From contig NW_027271458.1 in NCBI RefSeq assembly GCF_040938485.1, positions 186,001 through 250,000 of the forward strand: a stretch of DNA of 64,000 bases, in the 5' to 3' direction. Below the pieces are notes generated by a model. It was not told the origin of the DNA. It ran no database searches and saw only the letters and a list, made by a program, of their open reading frames with translations. Shown here in pieces: positions 38,765-50,800 of the stretch. The DNA comes from Diadema antillarum (taxonomy: Eukaryota). Position numbers and translations under genes: made by a program. Positions within the stretch are counted from its first letter, which is position 1. The number at the start of each line of letters is the position of its first letter.

Positions 38765-39355
38765 ATTGTCTCCGACGTTGATATGTACTAGCTCAATCTT
38801 AGAATTAGTGACCGTCACTGAACGTTTACTGTCAATATCAGAGAGCTTTTATACACCAAAACATGGGATATTAGTAACGGGATAAAGGAACCTACCATTT
38901 TTAATGGGACTTTAAGATATCAAAAAATAAATAATTATAAGTATAAGAATGCAAGTAGAATTACGTTTGAAAAGGAATCTTCAGTCATCTAACTTAAGAT
39001 AAGGCCAAATCAAATCCGATTCAAAGATCTGCATTGGAAGGTACTTTAACGTTAAAGGGACCTCATCATTAGTTCATAAGGGGAATATCTTCTAAAAAGA
39101 ACTTTATTCAATTAAACCAGTAGGCCCCAGTTGTGTCGTATGTGCTTTGGTTCAGACTACCTTTAAGGTCACAAGAGAAAGGTATTTACTCCCTAGCCAT
39201 ACGCAGAAGCACCCTACTCTCAAGAGAACGTAGGGGTGAATTGCATCCCTAATAAACTGATAAAAGTGGATCCGTTAAAAAGTGCAATTCGTTTACCTGC
39301 AATGTAAAATATCTTTCCTTCAATGCGTGTTTGTTTTTGCAGGACATAAACAGTA

Positions 39356-40669
39356 ATGACCATACCTGCCTTTACCACATTAACAAGCGTTCAACTGGTA
39401 ATGCTGATTTTATACTTAGAAAGAGGGGAAAGCGTTCCCACTTTATTCTCCGCTTCGTCTGCAACAGATACCGAAGTAGACAAAATATTGTGGAAAACCA
39501 TTGAAACCACGCCATATGTTGAGACGATGTTTGAAGAAGAAGTTACAACGCAAATTCCTGGAGGGTACTCCGGGAGCAGAGACCAGTTGACCACGCCTTT
39601 AGAAGTAATATTGTCATCTTCGAGTGCAATTTTCCAGGACTGTTTGGCGCCGTCAAGTGATGGGTATGAGTCTGATATCAGTACGAAAGTCCCATTGTCA
39701 TCTGGCTGGACATGGCAAGCCATAACGTGGTCCTGGTGGTCGATCCTTCAGATGTTCACCGCCATGCTGGGTATTGTGGGCAATTCCCTGGTGATCATCG
39801 TCCTTTTCACCCGAAGACAGCTCAGTCGGTCCACAGATACCCTGATTGGGGCACTAGCTGCGGCGGATCTTCTAGCGTCCGTCTTCATGATACCACATCC
39901 AATGCCACGCACGGTTCCTTCGTCAGTTCTTGGGCAGTTGTACTGCAAAGTAGTGTACACCTCAATGTTTCTCTGGATATCATTCAATGCATCCATTTTC
40001 ACCTTAACGGCCATCGCTGTGGAGAGATACATCGCTGTGGCTTATCCTTTCCATTTTAAGAATTTCATAACTCGGAAGAGGGTCGTCATCGTTATTACAT
40101 GCAGTTGGATCATGGGGTTCATTACCACGATTTTCGAATTTAAAACCACATATGTTGATAACTCCTCGAATCATTGCTCTTCGCTGTTCCTTTCCAAAGA
40201 CACCCAAATGCTTATGGGAACGATTCTGTTCTTACTGGTCTTCGTTATACCCGCCTTGCTGTCACTTACCATGCAGGCAATGACGGCCCACGCCCTGTAT
40301 CGCCAATCCCTGGTGTTCCGTAAAGAGGGCAATCAGGAGGGCAGGTCGAACCCGTCGGCAAGACACTTGGAAGCTAGAAAACGCGTCTTACAGATGTTGT
40401 TTATCGTGGTTCTCATCTTCATTATTTGCTGGGGGCCATCGCAGTGTTTCTACTTTACATTCAACTTAGGATTGCTCCCAGACTCGTACTGGTATAGTCC
40501 ATTAAGCAACGCGTTAGTTCTCCTCTCTTTCGGAAATTCCTGCGCAAACCCGATCATCTACACCATTCGTTACCCAGAGTTCCGCGAGGCGATCAGAGAG
40601 CTGTTTTCTGCAAAGAAAGGGAAATCTAGGGCACCGTTATTCAGTGAGCGGACAGAGGGAAACGTGTAA
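39356..40669 (+). CDS. Class A GPCR, copy 4 (437 aa)
   Basis: Intact 7TM ORF with ERY, CWGP and NSCANPIIY. Confidence 0.92.
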   Translation: MTIPAFTTLTSVQLVMLILYLERGESVPTLFSASSATDTEVDKILWKTIETTPYVETMFEEEVTTQIPGGYSGSRDQLTTPLEVILSSSSAIFQDCLAPSSDGYESDISTKVPLSSGWTWQAITWSWWSILQMFTAMLGIVGNSLVIIVLFTRRQLSRSTDTLIGALAAADLLASVFMIPHPMPRTVPSSVLGQLYCKVVYTSMFLWISFNASIFTLTAIAVERYIAVAYPFHFKNFITRKRVVIVITCSWIMGFITTIFEFKTTYVDNSSNHCSSLFLSKDTQMLMGTILFLLVFVIPALLSLTMQAMTAHALYRQSLVFRKEGNQEGRSNPSARHLEARKRVLQMLFIVVLIFIICWGPSQCFYFTFNLGLLPDSYWYSPLSNALVLLSFGNSCANPIIYTIRYPEFREAIRELFSAKKGKSRAPLFSERTEGNV

Positions 40670-42558
40670 AATATTTTGAGGGCGTTGGTGCCTAGTTGTC
40701 ACTGGAGTCTTATATGTCAACGTTATACCTAATGATTTTGTTATGTATAACAATAATCGTTTCATTGGAAATTCATACTTTCTGTATGGCTATAAGATAT
40801 AAGTTTCATCGCATCTTTCTTATTTGCTAATCACATTTTAAGAGGACCTGCGTAAAGAGACGATATACATTTTGGGAATTATCGTCCTTATTTTCCCTTT
40901 ACGCCTATGACATTTACAACTGTTTAAAATCTCTGTCCTCTTTCAAGACAATCATTGAAAAGAGCTGCTTGTAGTATACTTGGTGAAAATGGCAAATGAC
41001 TTGGAATTTGTTTACTGGGTACCGTATAGTGCAATAGGAACTGATGTTGTGTTAGGTATCGGTATTAATCTGGTATGTATTATCAGTAACCTCGAACACC
41101 AATATATGACCACAACAAATTTCTGTTTTGTAGCCGTTTTCTCTTTTACACTTGTGGTCATTAAAATGATATGTTCATGACCTTAACTAGGCGCGATGTT
41201 GTTGTTATTGGTGTTGTTGTTGCTTCTGTATTCAGATAAAATGTACATTTTACAAGAAAAGACATGCGCTATACGAAGTAACGGAGGATCCCCCCAATAA
41301 GCTGTACTTACAAAAAAGAATGGCACCATCATTTTTCTCTTTCTTTATACATCAAAACGACAACAATCAATTCTGACATGTATATACGTTTGGACCGCTA
41401 TCTTTACAAAGATAACTTGATTAAAATATGTCGCGGAATAGGATAGAATGCGTATACCCTTTTCCTTCTGTTATCGAGTAACACATGATATAATATTCAA
41501 AATACCTTTTTATTTAAATAAAATCACACATTTTAACAAACATTACATACAAACAAACTAGCTATTTGAATAAACAAATAGTACATAGTATAAAACAAAC
41601 TAGCTACTTGCACGTGCTTGTTAACCTGACTTACTGTGAATTGGCTGTTTAGATTATTTTACCTTCGTTTGTAAGCTTGTGTGGCAAGCTTTCATTATAC
41701 ATATCCCACGTTTGTCCCGAGTTTGTTTTGCAATTCCTTGTGTACTCCATTCTTAGGAAACTCAAGTTATATTTCAGAAGTCACTAGAATATTACCTTTT
41801 AGGTAATACTGTATACGTTCTCAACTTGTAATATCCTATTAAAGATGTTTGTGTGTGAACTGAAATTGTGATACAATGGCTGTCGTTAAAAAATATATAT
41901 ATATATTCCGTACGTATTATCACGGAAGTCTGCAAGTTACATAACCAAAGCCTTCTTGTGGTAGGGTTTTCCTTTCGTTATTTTGTCTCCTTTAGTGCAA
42001 ATGAAATTTGTAAGATCGCAGCTACTGATCTACATGTTTAACAAATGTGTCGAAAAAAAAAGAAGAACCAGGACTCGAGCAATGATCTACTGCTTTCCGG
42101 GGAGCGACACATACCACCAGGCTATCCCTTGTAGAACTCCGTAGCAACCACAATGAAAGGATTGTTGCATTAAAGCTGTAATTTTCCCCGCGTTTTTAAA
42201 ACTTTCTATTCATGACTCCAACCCACATTGTTGGCATCGTTCTGTCAAAAGTTATTAGATTTGAAAGTGAAAAAGAGTGTCAGGGGTTTTCAGAAATATA
42301 TAGGAATGGTTATCTAAGGTAGGTATAATCACACTTTCAAGAAAAAGCTGTTCCAGAGACAGAAAAAGAAGAAAACATGAAAAATACAATTTCTCACTCA
42401 TTTATGGCCCCAAACTTAGGAATTATGTAGAAGAATTGTTCCTTTAGAAAATTTTAGAAACATAAAATTTGCTAAGTTTACCCATTTCATATTTGTTGAG
42501 TCCTAACGTAGAATTGCATTGGGTGACTCTTTTTTTTTTTTGGGGGGGGGAGGGTTTA

Positions 42559-42609
<51 letters not shown>

Positions 42610-44006
42610 TACATCAGAAATTACTTGCTGTTGTTTTTTTCCCACATCACAAAAAGTCTGTAATGATATTGCGATTTTTAAGCAACAAACGAAACTACAA
42701 CGAAATAACAACAAAAACATCTGTGAATCATTTCCATTTGATACACTCTCCCTTAGAGTCAGAGAAAGACGCTTGAATAGACTTTATAGAAACTAAAAAC
42801 AAGATTAAACAAGACAAAAAGTCCTCATATCGACATCCAATTGATGTTTCATTCGCTGCAGATGATGCAAATTCCCCGACCATTCTCAACGCATAATGCA
42901 ATACTGTTGGCTAAGAATCTTTCATCGATCTTGTAGAAGAATGCAAAAGCTATCAAGAGAAACCAGTCCATTAAGATTTTACATTTTCCTATTCCAAAGC
43001 GAGGGTTGGCGGAACTTCCCTACCTTCGCCCGTCTCCTACAATATCTCGTGAGTCGTTCTTGTTTGTTTTTTTTTTTTGTGTGTTTTTTGCCCTCCACGT
43101 GTTCCTTTACAAATCGATTTCAGGGTTTTATTCTCCTTTTCCTTTTTTTTTTTGCTGTTTATTCCTTATCTCCCTTTGCTTCCCGCTGCTTCATTTTCAA
43201 TCAATAAATCGTCTCCATGTTTTCCTTTCCCCAAAGAAGTGACTTTTTATATCCTTTCTTTCGCTGTAAATCTGTTCAAAATATTTTACGAAGGGATTTG
43301 AAAATACAGTACTCATATAACTTTTCCTTCCTTTTGCTTACACGCGTTGTATCCATCAAGACCATTTCCCTCTCTATTTATGTGATCTATACTCGTGTAC
43401 TCTGCAAAAATATTGAATAAAAGTAATTGAATTAAATATGGCAAGGGAGTAGAAGTGACCACAAGAAAGAGCTTTTCAAGTTGAGCATGGATACTTCGGA
43501 ATCTGTCATTCACAAGACTACTAGTATACGTTTATAAATGTTTAGAGCCAGGGTCGAAGACTATTTATCGGTATTATCGGGGAAAGACTGAGGAGAAAAT
43601 ACTATTGCATTCGATTTTATAAATGTTTCACCAGAAACACAACACCAACTATCTACAATATGTTTTAGATGAGTAGACATACACATAAACATAACAATAT
43701 GCCTATATCTATACAATATCATTCATTTCCGAATTTAAGAATAGATATAAAGTCATTACAACAACGTCATTATTCAGTAATAGTTTTGAAAACTATTTTA
43801 GCTCGTTGATTATCACTGCAATTATGTGCTTGACAAAAAATGGATATCACCTTGTGGAGGACACACGACATGCGATTGATAGCAGGATGTCAATGATTTT
43901 GCAGGTGACACCTGTTTACTCTTTATCTTAATGTGAATTAATAAATGATAAATGATAAATAATATATAAAAGTAATATGTATAATATGTATATATATATA
44001 TATATA

Positions 44007-44249
44007 TGAAGAGTTTGTTCGCAAAAACCGATAAGTCCATATTTGCCAAATGGAGATATTTGCGATTAAAGGTCAAGAAAAATAAAGAGATTAATAAGAA
44101 AATATTTGCTTCTTTTGACCATAACTTCAAAAATGTACCTCTATTGACCAATATATCATTTAAAAGGTATTATTTTGTACTTTATGACAGAGACCGTACT
44201 TCAAAATCTTCAAAAATGGACTTATCTGTTTTTGCGAACAAACTCTTCA
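44007..44249. mobile_element. 243-bp MITE inserted at TA
   Basis: TIR of ~39 bp TGAAGAGTTTGTTCGCAAAAAC(C/A)GATAAGTCCAT(A/T)TTTG; TA on both flanks; lies within a (TA)n tract. Confidence 0.85.
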
Positions 44250-44273
44250 TATGTATATACATAGCATATATAT

Positions 44274-44318
<45 letters not shown>

Positions 44319-44869
44319 TACATAATCTGTAATGATACGTACACATAAAGATTGATATATTCATGTCGTGACAAATGTGCTCTTGGAAGTTTAGAATATA
44401 TTATAGGCAATATGTCAAAATGTACCATTGAAATATATATAAAGTACATGAATTATCTTGCACTTATTCGAGCTTTTTTGCTTGAACAAGGGGTATCACC
44501 ATATGGAAGATATCGCCATGAAGTTGACGTTGCTTACTCTGGTGTATAATGTAATCGAAAATGTAATAATCTTATTGTTGGCAATGTTCCTAATACTAGC
44601 TTTGATAAGATGATGATTGCACATGTACCTTAGCAACAACATTTTCTTCTAATGTTCCATCCGCATGGCTATGAATAATTGCAGTTGTCAAATATTGCGG
44701 CTTTTACAGGTTTTTTTTATGTAGATGTTTCATAAATGTATACTCATTTTACATGAGAGGACACACTTAGAAATCTAAAGACAAAATATGTGTTTGTGAA
44801 ATGTTGTAAAAAACATTTTGAAGTATCATTACATATGCGATAGTTTCCCTATAAGGCTTGTCTCCGTTT

Positions 44870-45163
44870 CTTTTCCTTCTCTCTCTCTCTCTCTCCTATT
44901 TCTCTTGAAAGAGAGAGAGAAAAAAACACCGATTCCACGGGAATACTGCTGCTCAATAATGAATCGTCATTGGCTACCTTTATACGCATGCGCAGGGTCA
45001 CCGAAAGCCATTTTATAACCTCAGAGTCAGGCAGCCTTATAACATAATCTGTGCAAACTCAAGTACGCTTAGAGAGTGAAACTTTGTTTACACGGCACAC
45101 CTGACGGTGGATTGGCCTTACCCAGCATTATAGCAGATGTACACAAGTCATGTTCCAGTGAGT
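44870..45163 (+). promoter_or_regulatory. Predicted promoter and non-coding exon 1 of GPCR copy 5
   Basis: (CT)n, ATTGG at 44969, ACGCATGCGCA at 44984, donor GTGAGT at 45158; acceptor AG at 45739-45740. Confidence 0.6.
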
Positions 45164-45753
45164 ATTGTCTCCGACGTTGATATGTACTAGCTCAATCTTA
45201 AAATTAGTGACCGTCACTGAACGTTTACTGTCAATATCAGAGAATTTTTATACACCAAAACATGGGATATTAGTAACGGGATAAAGGAACCTACAATTTT
45301 TAATGGGACTTTAAGATATCAAAAAATAAATAATTGTAAGTATAAGAATGCAAGTAGAATTACGTTTGCAAAGGAATCTTCAGTCATCTAACTTAAGATA
45401 AGGCCAAATCAAATCCGATTCAAAGATCTGCATTAGAAGGTACTTTAACGTTAAAGGGACCTCATCATTAGTTCATAAGGGGAATATCTTCTAAAAAGAG
45501 CTTTATTCAATTAAACCACTAGGACCCAGTTGTGTCGTATGTGCTTTGGTTCAGACTACCTTTAAGGTCACAAGAGAGAGGTATTTACTCCCTAGCCATA
45601 CGCAGAAACACCCTACTCTCAAGAGAACGTCGTGGTGAATTGCATCCCTATAAACGGATAAACGTGCATCCGTTAAAAAGTGCAATTCGTTTGCCTGCAA
45701 AATGAAATATCCCTACATCAATGTGTGCTTGTTTTTGCAGGACATAAACAACA

Positions 45754-47067
45754 ATGATAATGCCTGCCTTTACCACATTAACAACCGTTCAACTGGTATT
45801 GCTGCTTTCATACTTAAAAAGAGGGGAAAGCAGTCCCACCCTATTCACCGCTTCGTCTGCAACAGATAGCGAAGCACATAATATACTGCGGAAAACCATT
45901 CAAACCACGCCATATGATGAGACGATGTTTGAAGAAGAAGTTACGACGCAAATTCCTGGAGGATACCTCGGGAGCCGAGACCCGTTGACCACGCCTTTAG
46001 AAGTAATATTGTCATCTTCGAGTGCAATTTTCCAGGACTGTGTGACGCCTACAAGTGATGGGTATGAGTCTGATATCAGTACGAAAGTCCCATTGTCATC
46101 TGGCTGGTCATGGCAAGCCATAACGTGGTCCTGGTGGTCGATTCTGCAGATGTTCACCGCCATGCTGGGTATTGTAGGCAATTCCCTGGTGATCATCGTC
46201 CTTTTTACCCGAAGACAGCTCAGTCGGTCCACAGATACCCTGATTGGGGCACTAGCTGCGGCGGATCTTCTAGCGTCCGTCTTCATGATACCACATCCAA
46301 TGCCACGCACGGTTCCTTCGTCAGTTCTTGGGCAGTTGTACTGCAAAGTAATTTACACCTCAATGTTTCTCTGGGTATCATTCAATGCATCTATTTTCAC
46401 CTTAACGTCCATCGCTGTGGAAAGATACATCGCTGTGGCTTATCCTTTCCATTTTAAGCATTTCATAACTCGGAAGAGGGTCGTCATCGTTATTACATTC
46501 AGTTGGATCATGGGGTTCATTGCCACGATTTTCGAATTTAAAACCACAAATGTTGATAGCTCCTCGAATCATTGCTCTTCGCTGTTCCTTTCCAAAGACA
46601 CCCAAATGCTTATGGGAACGATTCTGTTCTTACTGGTCTTCGTTATACCAGCCTTGCTGTCACTTACCATGCAGGCAATGACGGCCCACGCCCTGTATCG
46701 CCAATCCCGGGTGTTCCGTAAAGAGGGCAATCAGGAAGGCCGATCGAACCCGTCGGCAAGACACTTGGAAGCTAGAAAACGCGTCTTACAGATGTTGTTT
46801 ATCGTGGTTCTCATCTTCATTATTTGCTGGGGACCATCGCAGTGTTTCTATTTTATATTTAACTTAGGATTGCTCCCAGACTCGTACTGGTATAGTCCAT
46901 TAAACAACGCGTTAGTTCTCCTCTCTTTCGGAAACTCCTGCGCAAACCCGATTATCTACACCATTCGCTACCCAGAGTTCCGCGAGGCGATCGGAGAGCT
47001 GTTTTCTGCAAAGAAAGGGAAATCTAGGGCTCCATTATTCAGTGAGCGGACAGAAGAAAATCTGTAA
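45754..47067 (+). CDS. Class A GPCR, copy 5 (437 aa), recent paralogue of copy 4
   Basis: Intact 7TM ORF, nearly identical to copy 4 across the transmembrane region. Confidence 0.92.
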   Translation: MIMPAFTTLTTVQLVLLLSYLKRGESSPTLFTASSATDSEAHNILRKTIQTTPYDETMFEEEVTTQIPGGYLGSRDPLTTPLEVILSSSSAIFQDCVTPTSDGYESDISTKVPLSSGWSWQAITWSWWSILQMFTAMLGIVGNSLVIIVLFTRRQLSRSTDTLIGALAAADLLASVFMIPHPMPRTVPSSVLGQLYCKVIYTSMFLWVSFNASIFTLTSIAVERYIAVAYPFHFKHFITRKRVVIVITFSWIMGFIATIFEFKTTNVDSSSNHCSSLFLSKDTQMLMGTILFLLVFVIPALLSLTMQAMTAHALYRQSRVFRKEGNQEGRSNPSARHLEARKRVLQMLFIVVLIFIICWGPSQCFYFIFNLGLLPDSYWYSPLNNALVLLSFGNSCANPIIYTIRYPEFREAIGELFSAKKGKSRAPLFSERTEENL

Positions 47068-48747
47068 GATATTTTGAGGGCGTAGGTGACTAGTTGTCAC
47101 TGGAGTCTTACATGTCAACGTTACACTGAATGATGTTTTTGTTATGTATAATTATGTATAATTTTTGTTATGTATAATTACATTTCACCAAATTGGACCT
47201 AGATATATTTCACAAAAACAGTCTCTGCATGGTCCTTTATTGACCTTTCTTTACTTCCTACACAGCCCAAGCAAGTCAAGCAGGAAGTTCAAGACACGAA
47301 TGTTTTTATTCCTTTTTTTTGAACTCTTAATTGCTTAAAAATATGCTTGAATTGAATGAAAAATAATAACTGCAAGACGGAAACATAGTAAAAAGAACAA
47401 ACATTAAAAAAAAAAAACTTACGCAACATATTTCAATGTGATTAAATTATATCTTTTTTTCATTGGAAATTCGTACTTTCTGTATGGCTATAAAATATAA
47501 GTTTTATAGCATCTACATATTTGCTAATCACATTTTAAGAGGACCTGCGTAAAGAGACGATATACATTTTGGGAATTATCGTCCTTATTTTCCCTTTACG
47601 CCCATGACATTTACAACTGTTTAAAATCTCTGTCCTCTTTCAAGACAGTCATTGAAAAGAGCTGCTTGTAGTATACTTGGTGAAAATGGCAAATTACTTG
47701 GAATTTGTTTACTGGGTACCATATTGCAATAGGAGCTAATATTGTGTTAGGTATCGGAATTAATCTGGTAAGTATTATCAGTAACCTCGAACACCAATAT
47801 ATGACGGCAACAAATTTCTGTTTTGTTGCCGTTTTCTGTTTTACACTTGTGATCATTAAAATGATATGTTCATGACCTTAACTAGGCGAGATGTCAAGTT
47901 GTTGTTATTGGTGTTGTTGTTGTTGTTGTTTCTGTATTCAGATAAAATGTACATTATAAAAGAAAATACATGCGCTATACGAAATAACGGAGGATCCCCA
48001 ATTAAGCCGTACTTACAAGAAAAATGGCACCATCATTTTTTCTCTTTCTACATCAAAACGACAACAATCAATTCTGATATGTATATTCGTTTGGACCGCT
48101 ATCTTTACAAAGATAACTTGATAAAAAGTATGTTTCGGAATAGGATAGAATGCGTATACCCTTTTCCTTTTGTTATCGAATAATACATAATATATGTTCA
48201 AAGTACCTTTTTCTTTCAATAAACATCATACATTTTAACAAACATTACATACAAACAAACTAGCTATTTGCACAAACAAATATTACATATAAAACAAACT
48301 AGCTATTTGCACGTGCTTGTTAACCTGACTTACTGTGAAACGGCTGTTTAGATTTACCTTCGTTTGTAAGCTCGTGTGGCAAGCTTTCATTATACATATC
48401 CAACGTTTGTCCAGAGTTTGTTTTGCAATTCCTTGTGTACGCCATTCTTAGGAAAATCAAGTTGCATTTCCGAAGTCACTAGAATATTAATACCTTATTG
48501 TATACGTTCTAAACTTGTGATATCCTGAGATGTTTGTGTGTGAACTGAAATTGTGAAACAATGGCCATCGTAAAAACAGCTTATACCGTACTCACTATCA
48601 TAGAAGTCTGCAAGTTACATAACCAAAGCCTTCTTGTGGTAGGGTTTTCCTTCAATTATTTTGTCTCCTTCAGTACAAATAAAATTTGTAAGATCGCAAC
48701 TACTGATCTACATGTTTAACAAATGTGTCGAAAGAAAAAAAAAAAAG

Positions 48748-48813
48748 AACCAGCGGGAATCGAACTGTGATCTACTGCTTTCCGGGGGCGACGCATACCA
48801 CCAGGCTATCCCT
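48748..48813 (-). mobile_element. tRNA-derived (SINE-head-like) remnant; paralogue at ~42066-42128
   Basis: Minus strand TAGCCTGGTGG (A box) and GTTCGATTCC (B box); anticodon and T stems do not pair properly, so not a tRNA. Confidence 0.45.
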
Positions 48814-49047
48814 TGTTGCCGGCAGCGATAGATGAACTTGGAACAATCACCCAAGCTCCGAAATTCCGATATTCTTATTTTAAGTAGTCCAAATTTCATT
48901 TGTACAGAGGGAGACAAATTGAAGAAAAAACTCTACTCTATACTTTTACCTATCTTTTTTAATAATAATCTCTTGTTTTCTTTAAATATGCCTTGTCCGA
49001 CTTGGACTACTGGACTACTGTCTTTCACCAAACCATGCGTTCTCTAG

Positions 49048-49975
49048 CAGGGGCCGCGGAACCGGGGGGGGGGGGGGAGCAGCCCCCCCCCCCCCCAACA
49101 CACACACACTTTTGGATCGTGAATAAAAAGAAGAAAGAAAGGTGAAAAATCGGGGGAAAAATCACACAACCCGAATTTCGCACAAAAATTGTGCTTCAGA
49201 TCGCTTTATCTTGATTAAAACGCAAAAGCTCCGCCTCCACCCTCCCCCTCTACCTCATTACACTTTGTACATACACACAGATGATGCACACGCGGAATAA
49301 GAGCTAAATGCCGTGATTTTGCTTTTAGCACTTTCCTGAAAAAAAGTCCAAACAATTTCCATTAATTTATTTTATTATTTTTTTTTTTGGGGGGGGGGGG
49401 GGTTGGGGTGGGTTGAGCTAGAAAAACAATCCAAGTATTGCACCAAAAGTTTGCACCAGATCGCTGAATTTCAGGTCTGAAACTGTAAAATCACCTTCGT
49501 GTGGGAGGAGAAATATCCCTTTTGTACACCCTCGTGTGTATGCTTTTTCTGTTTGATTGCTTAACAGACAACGTTCATGAAATCAATTGTAACAACAAAT
49601 TAATACAAGAAGTTTATTTAAATGCTACCACTAGATAGGCAAATTGTTCAATGATAATCATAAAAATATCCTTCTACCTTAAACAAGTGGGGCCTTTTCA
49701 AGTCGATAAAGGGACGCAGGAACATGCATCAAATTGCACCATTTACAACATCAAAATGCAAAAAGTTCTCACCGTGGGAGGGGGAACACCCCCTTCCCAC
49801 CCCCCCCCCCCCCCTTCCTTCGCTCGCTCGGGCTCGGAAGCTTCGCTCCCTCGCATAGTAACCGCCGCCCTCCCAATATCACAAGATACGCTGGTGCGTC
49901 TAAGCGGGGGGGGGGGGGGGGGGGTGACCTTGATACACCCCCCCCCCCCCTCTCAAAAACGTTCCGCGGCCCCTG
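49048..49975. mobile_element. Non-autonomous DNA transposon, 15-bp TIRs, apparent 5-bp TSD
   Basis: CAGGGGCCGCGGAAC / GTTCCGCGGCCCCTG perfect TIRs; TCTAG on both flanks (49043-49047, 49976-49980); absent from the paralogous copy-4 flank. Confidence 0.8.
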
Positions 49976-50254
49976 TCTAGTGAGGGCCAACAATTGCCAA
50001 CAGACGTATGATCAGTGAGACGCGTTAAGGTTACCTTTTCAGATTGCAGAATCGGGAACATTGCGGCGTCAGTGAACAAGGATTTTGTGCCATTGACAAA
50101 AGTTTAAGTTGGCGATCTCAAGATCTCATAGTTTTTCAGTGTGACCGCAAAACTTCTCGAAAACTTCTTGCAAACTTCTTGCAAAACTTCTCGCCAGGGG
50201 TCTCAATCAAAAGCTCATGCAAAATACCGTAAAACCCTGGAAAAAAAGTAGTGA

Positions 50255-50800
50255 AAAGTGAAATGTGACCCTGAGTCACAAAACCAAAAGTCGCTAACTC
50301 TAAGCTTTTAAATAATGTATAACTCAACAGAAATGGACCTTCTTGACCTATCTAAAGAATCGGGAGAAGGTGCACACTCTGGAAAAGTGCTTACTGAGAA
50401 AATAGGCTTTGAAGTGCGGGGTCTATTCAAATGCTTAATCTCACCCAGCTGTGGTCTGTGAAGTAAATGGAACAATAAAACGAATATAGAACTCCGTAGC
50501 AACCACAATGAAAGGATTGTTGTATTAAAGCTGTAATTTTCCCCGCCTTTTTAAAACTTTCTATTCATGACTCCAACCCAAATTGTTGGCATCGTTCTGT
50601 CAAAAGTTATTAGATTTGAAAGTGAAAAGAGTGTGAAGGGTTTACAGAAATATATAGGAATGGTTTTCTAAGGTAAGTATAATCACACTTTCAAGAAAAA
50701 GCTGTTCCGGAGACAAAAAAAAAACCCAAACAACAACAACAACAACAAGAAAAACACAATTTCCCACTCATTTATGGCCCCAGACTTAGGAATTATGTAA
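50255..50800 (+). repeat. Old dispersed repeat (TGTGACCC...CACAAAA start), probably a DNA-transposon remnant; relatives at ~53045-53600 and ~42130-42420
   Basis: Visible alignment among the three segments; no TIR pair or TSD established. Confidence 0.45.

Noticed and set aside
48748-48813. tRNA gene
   Set aside because: A and B boxes are present but the cloverleaf stems do not pair; treated as a SINE-like remnant.
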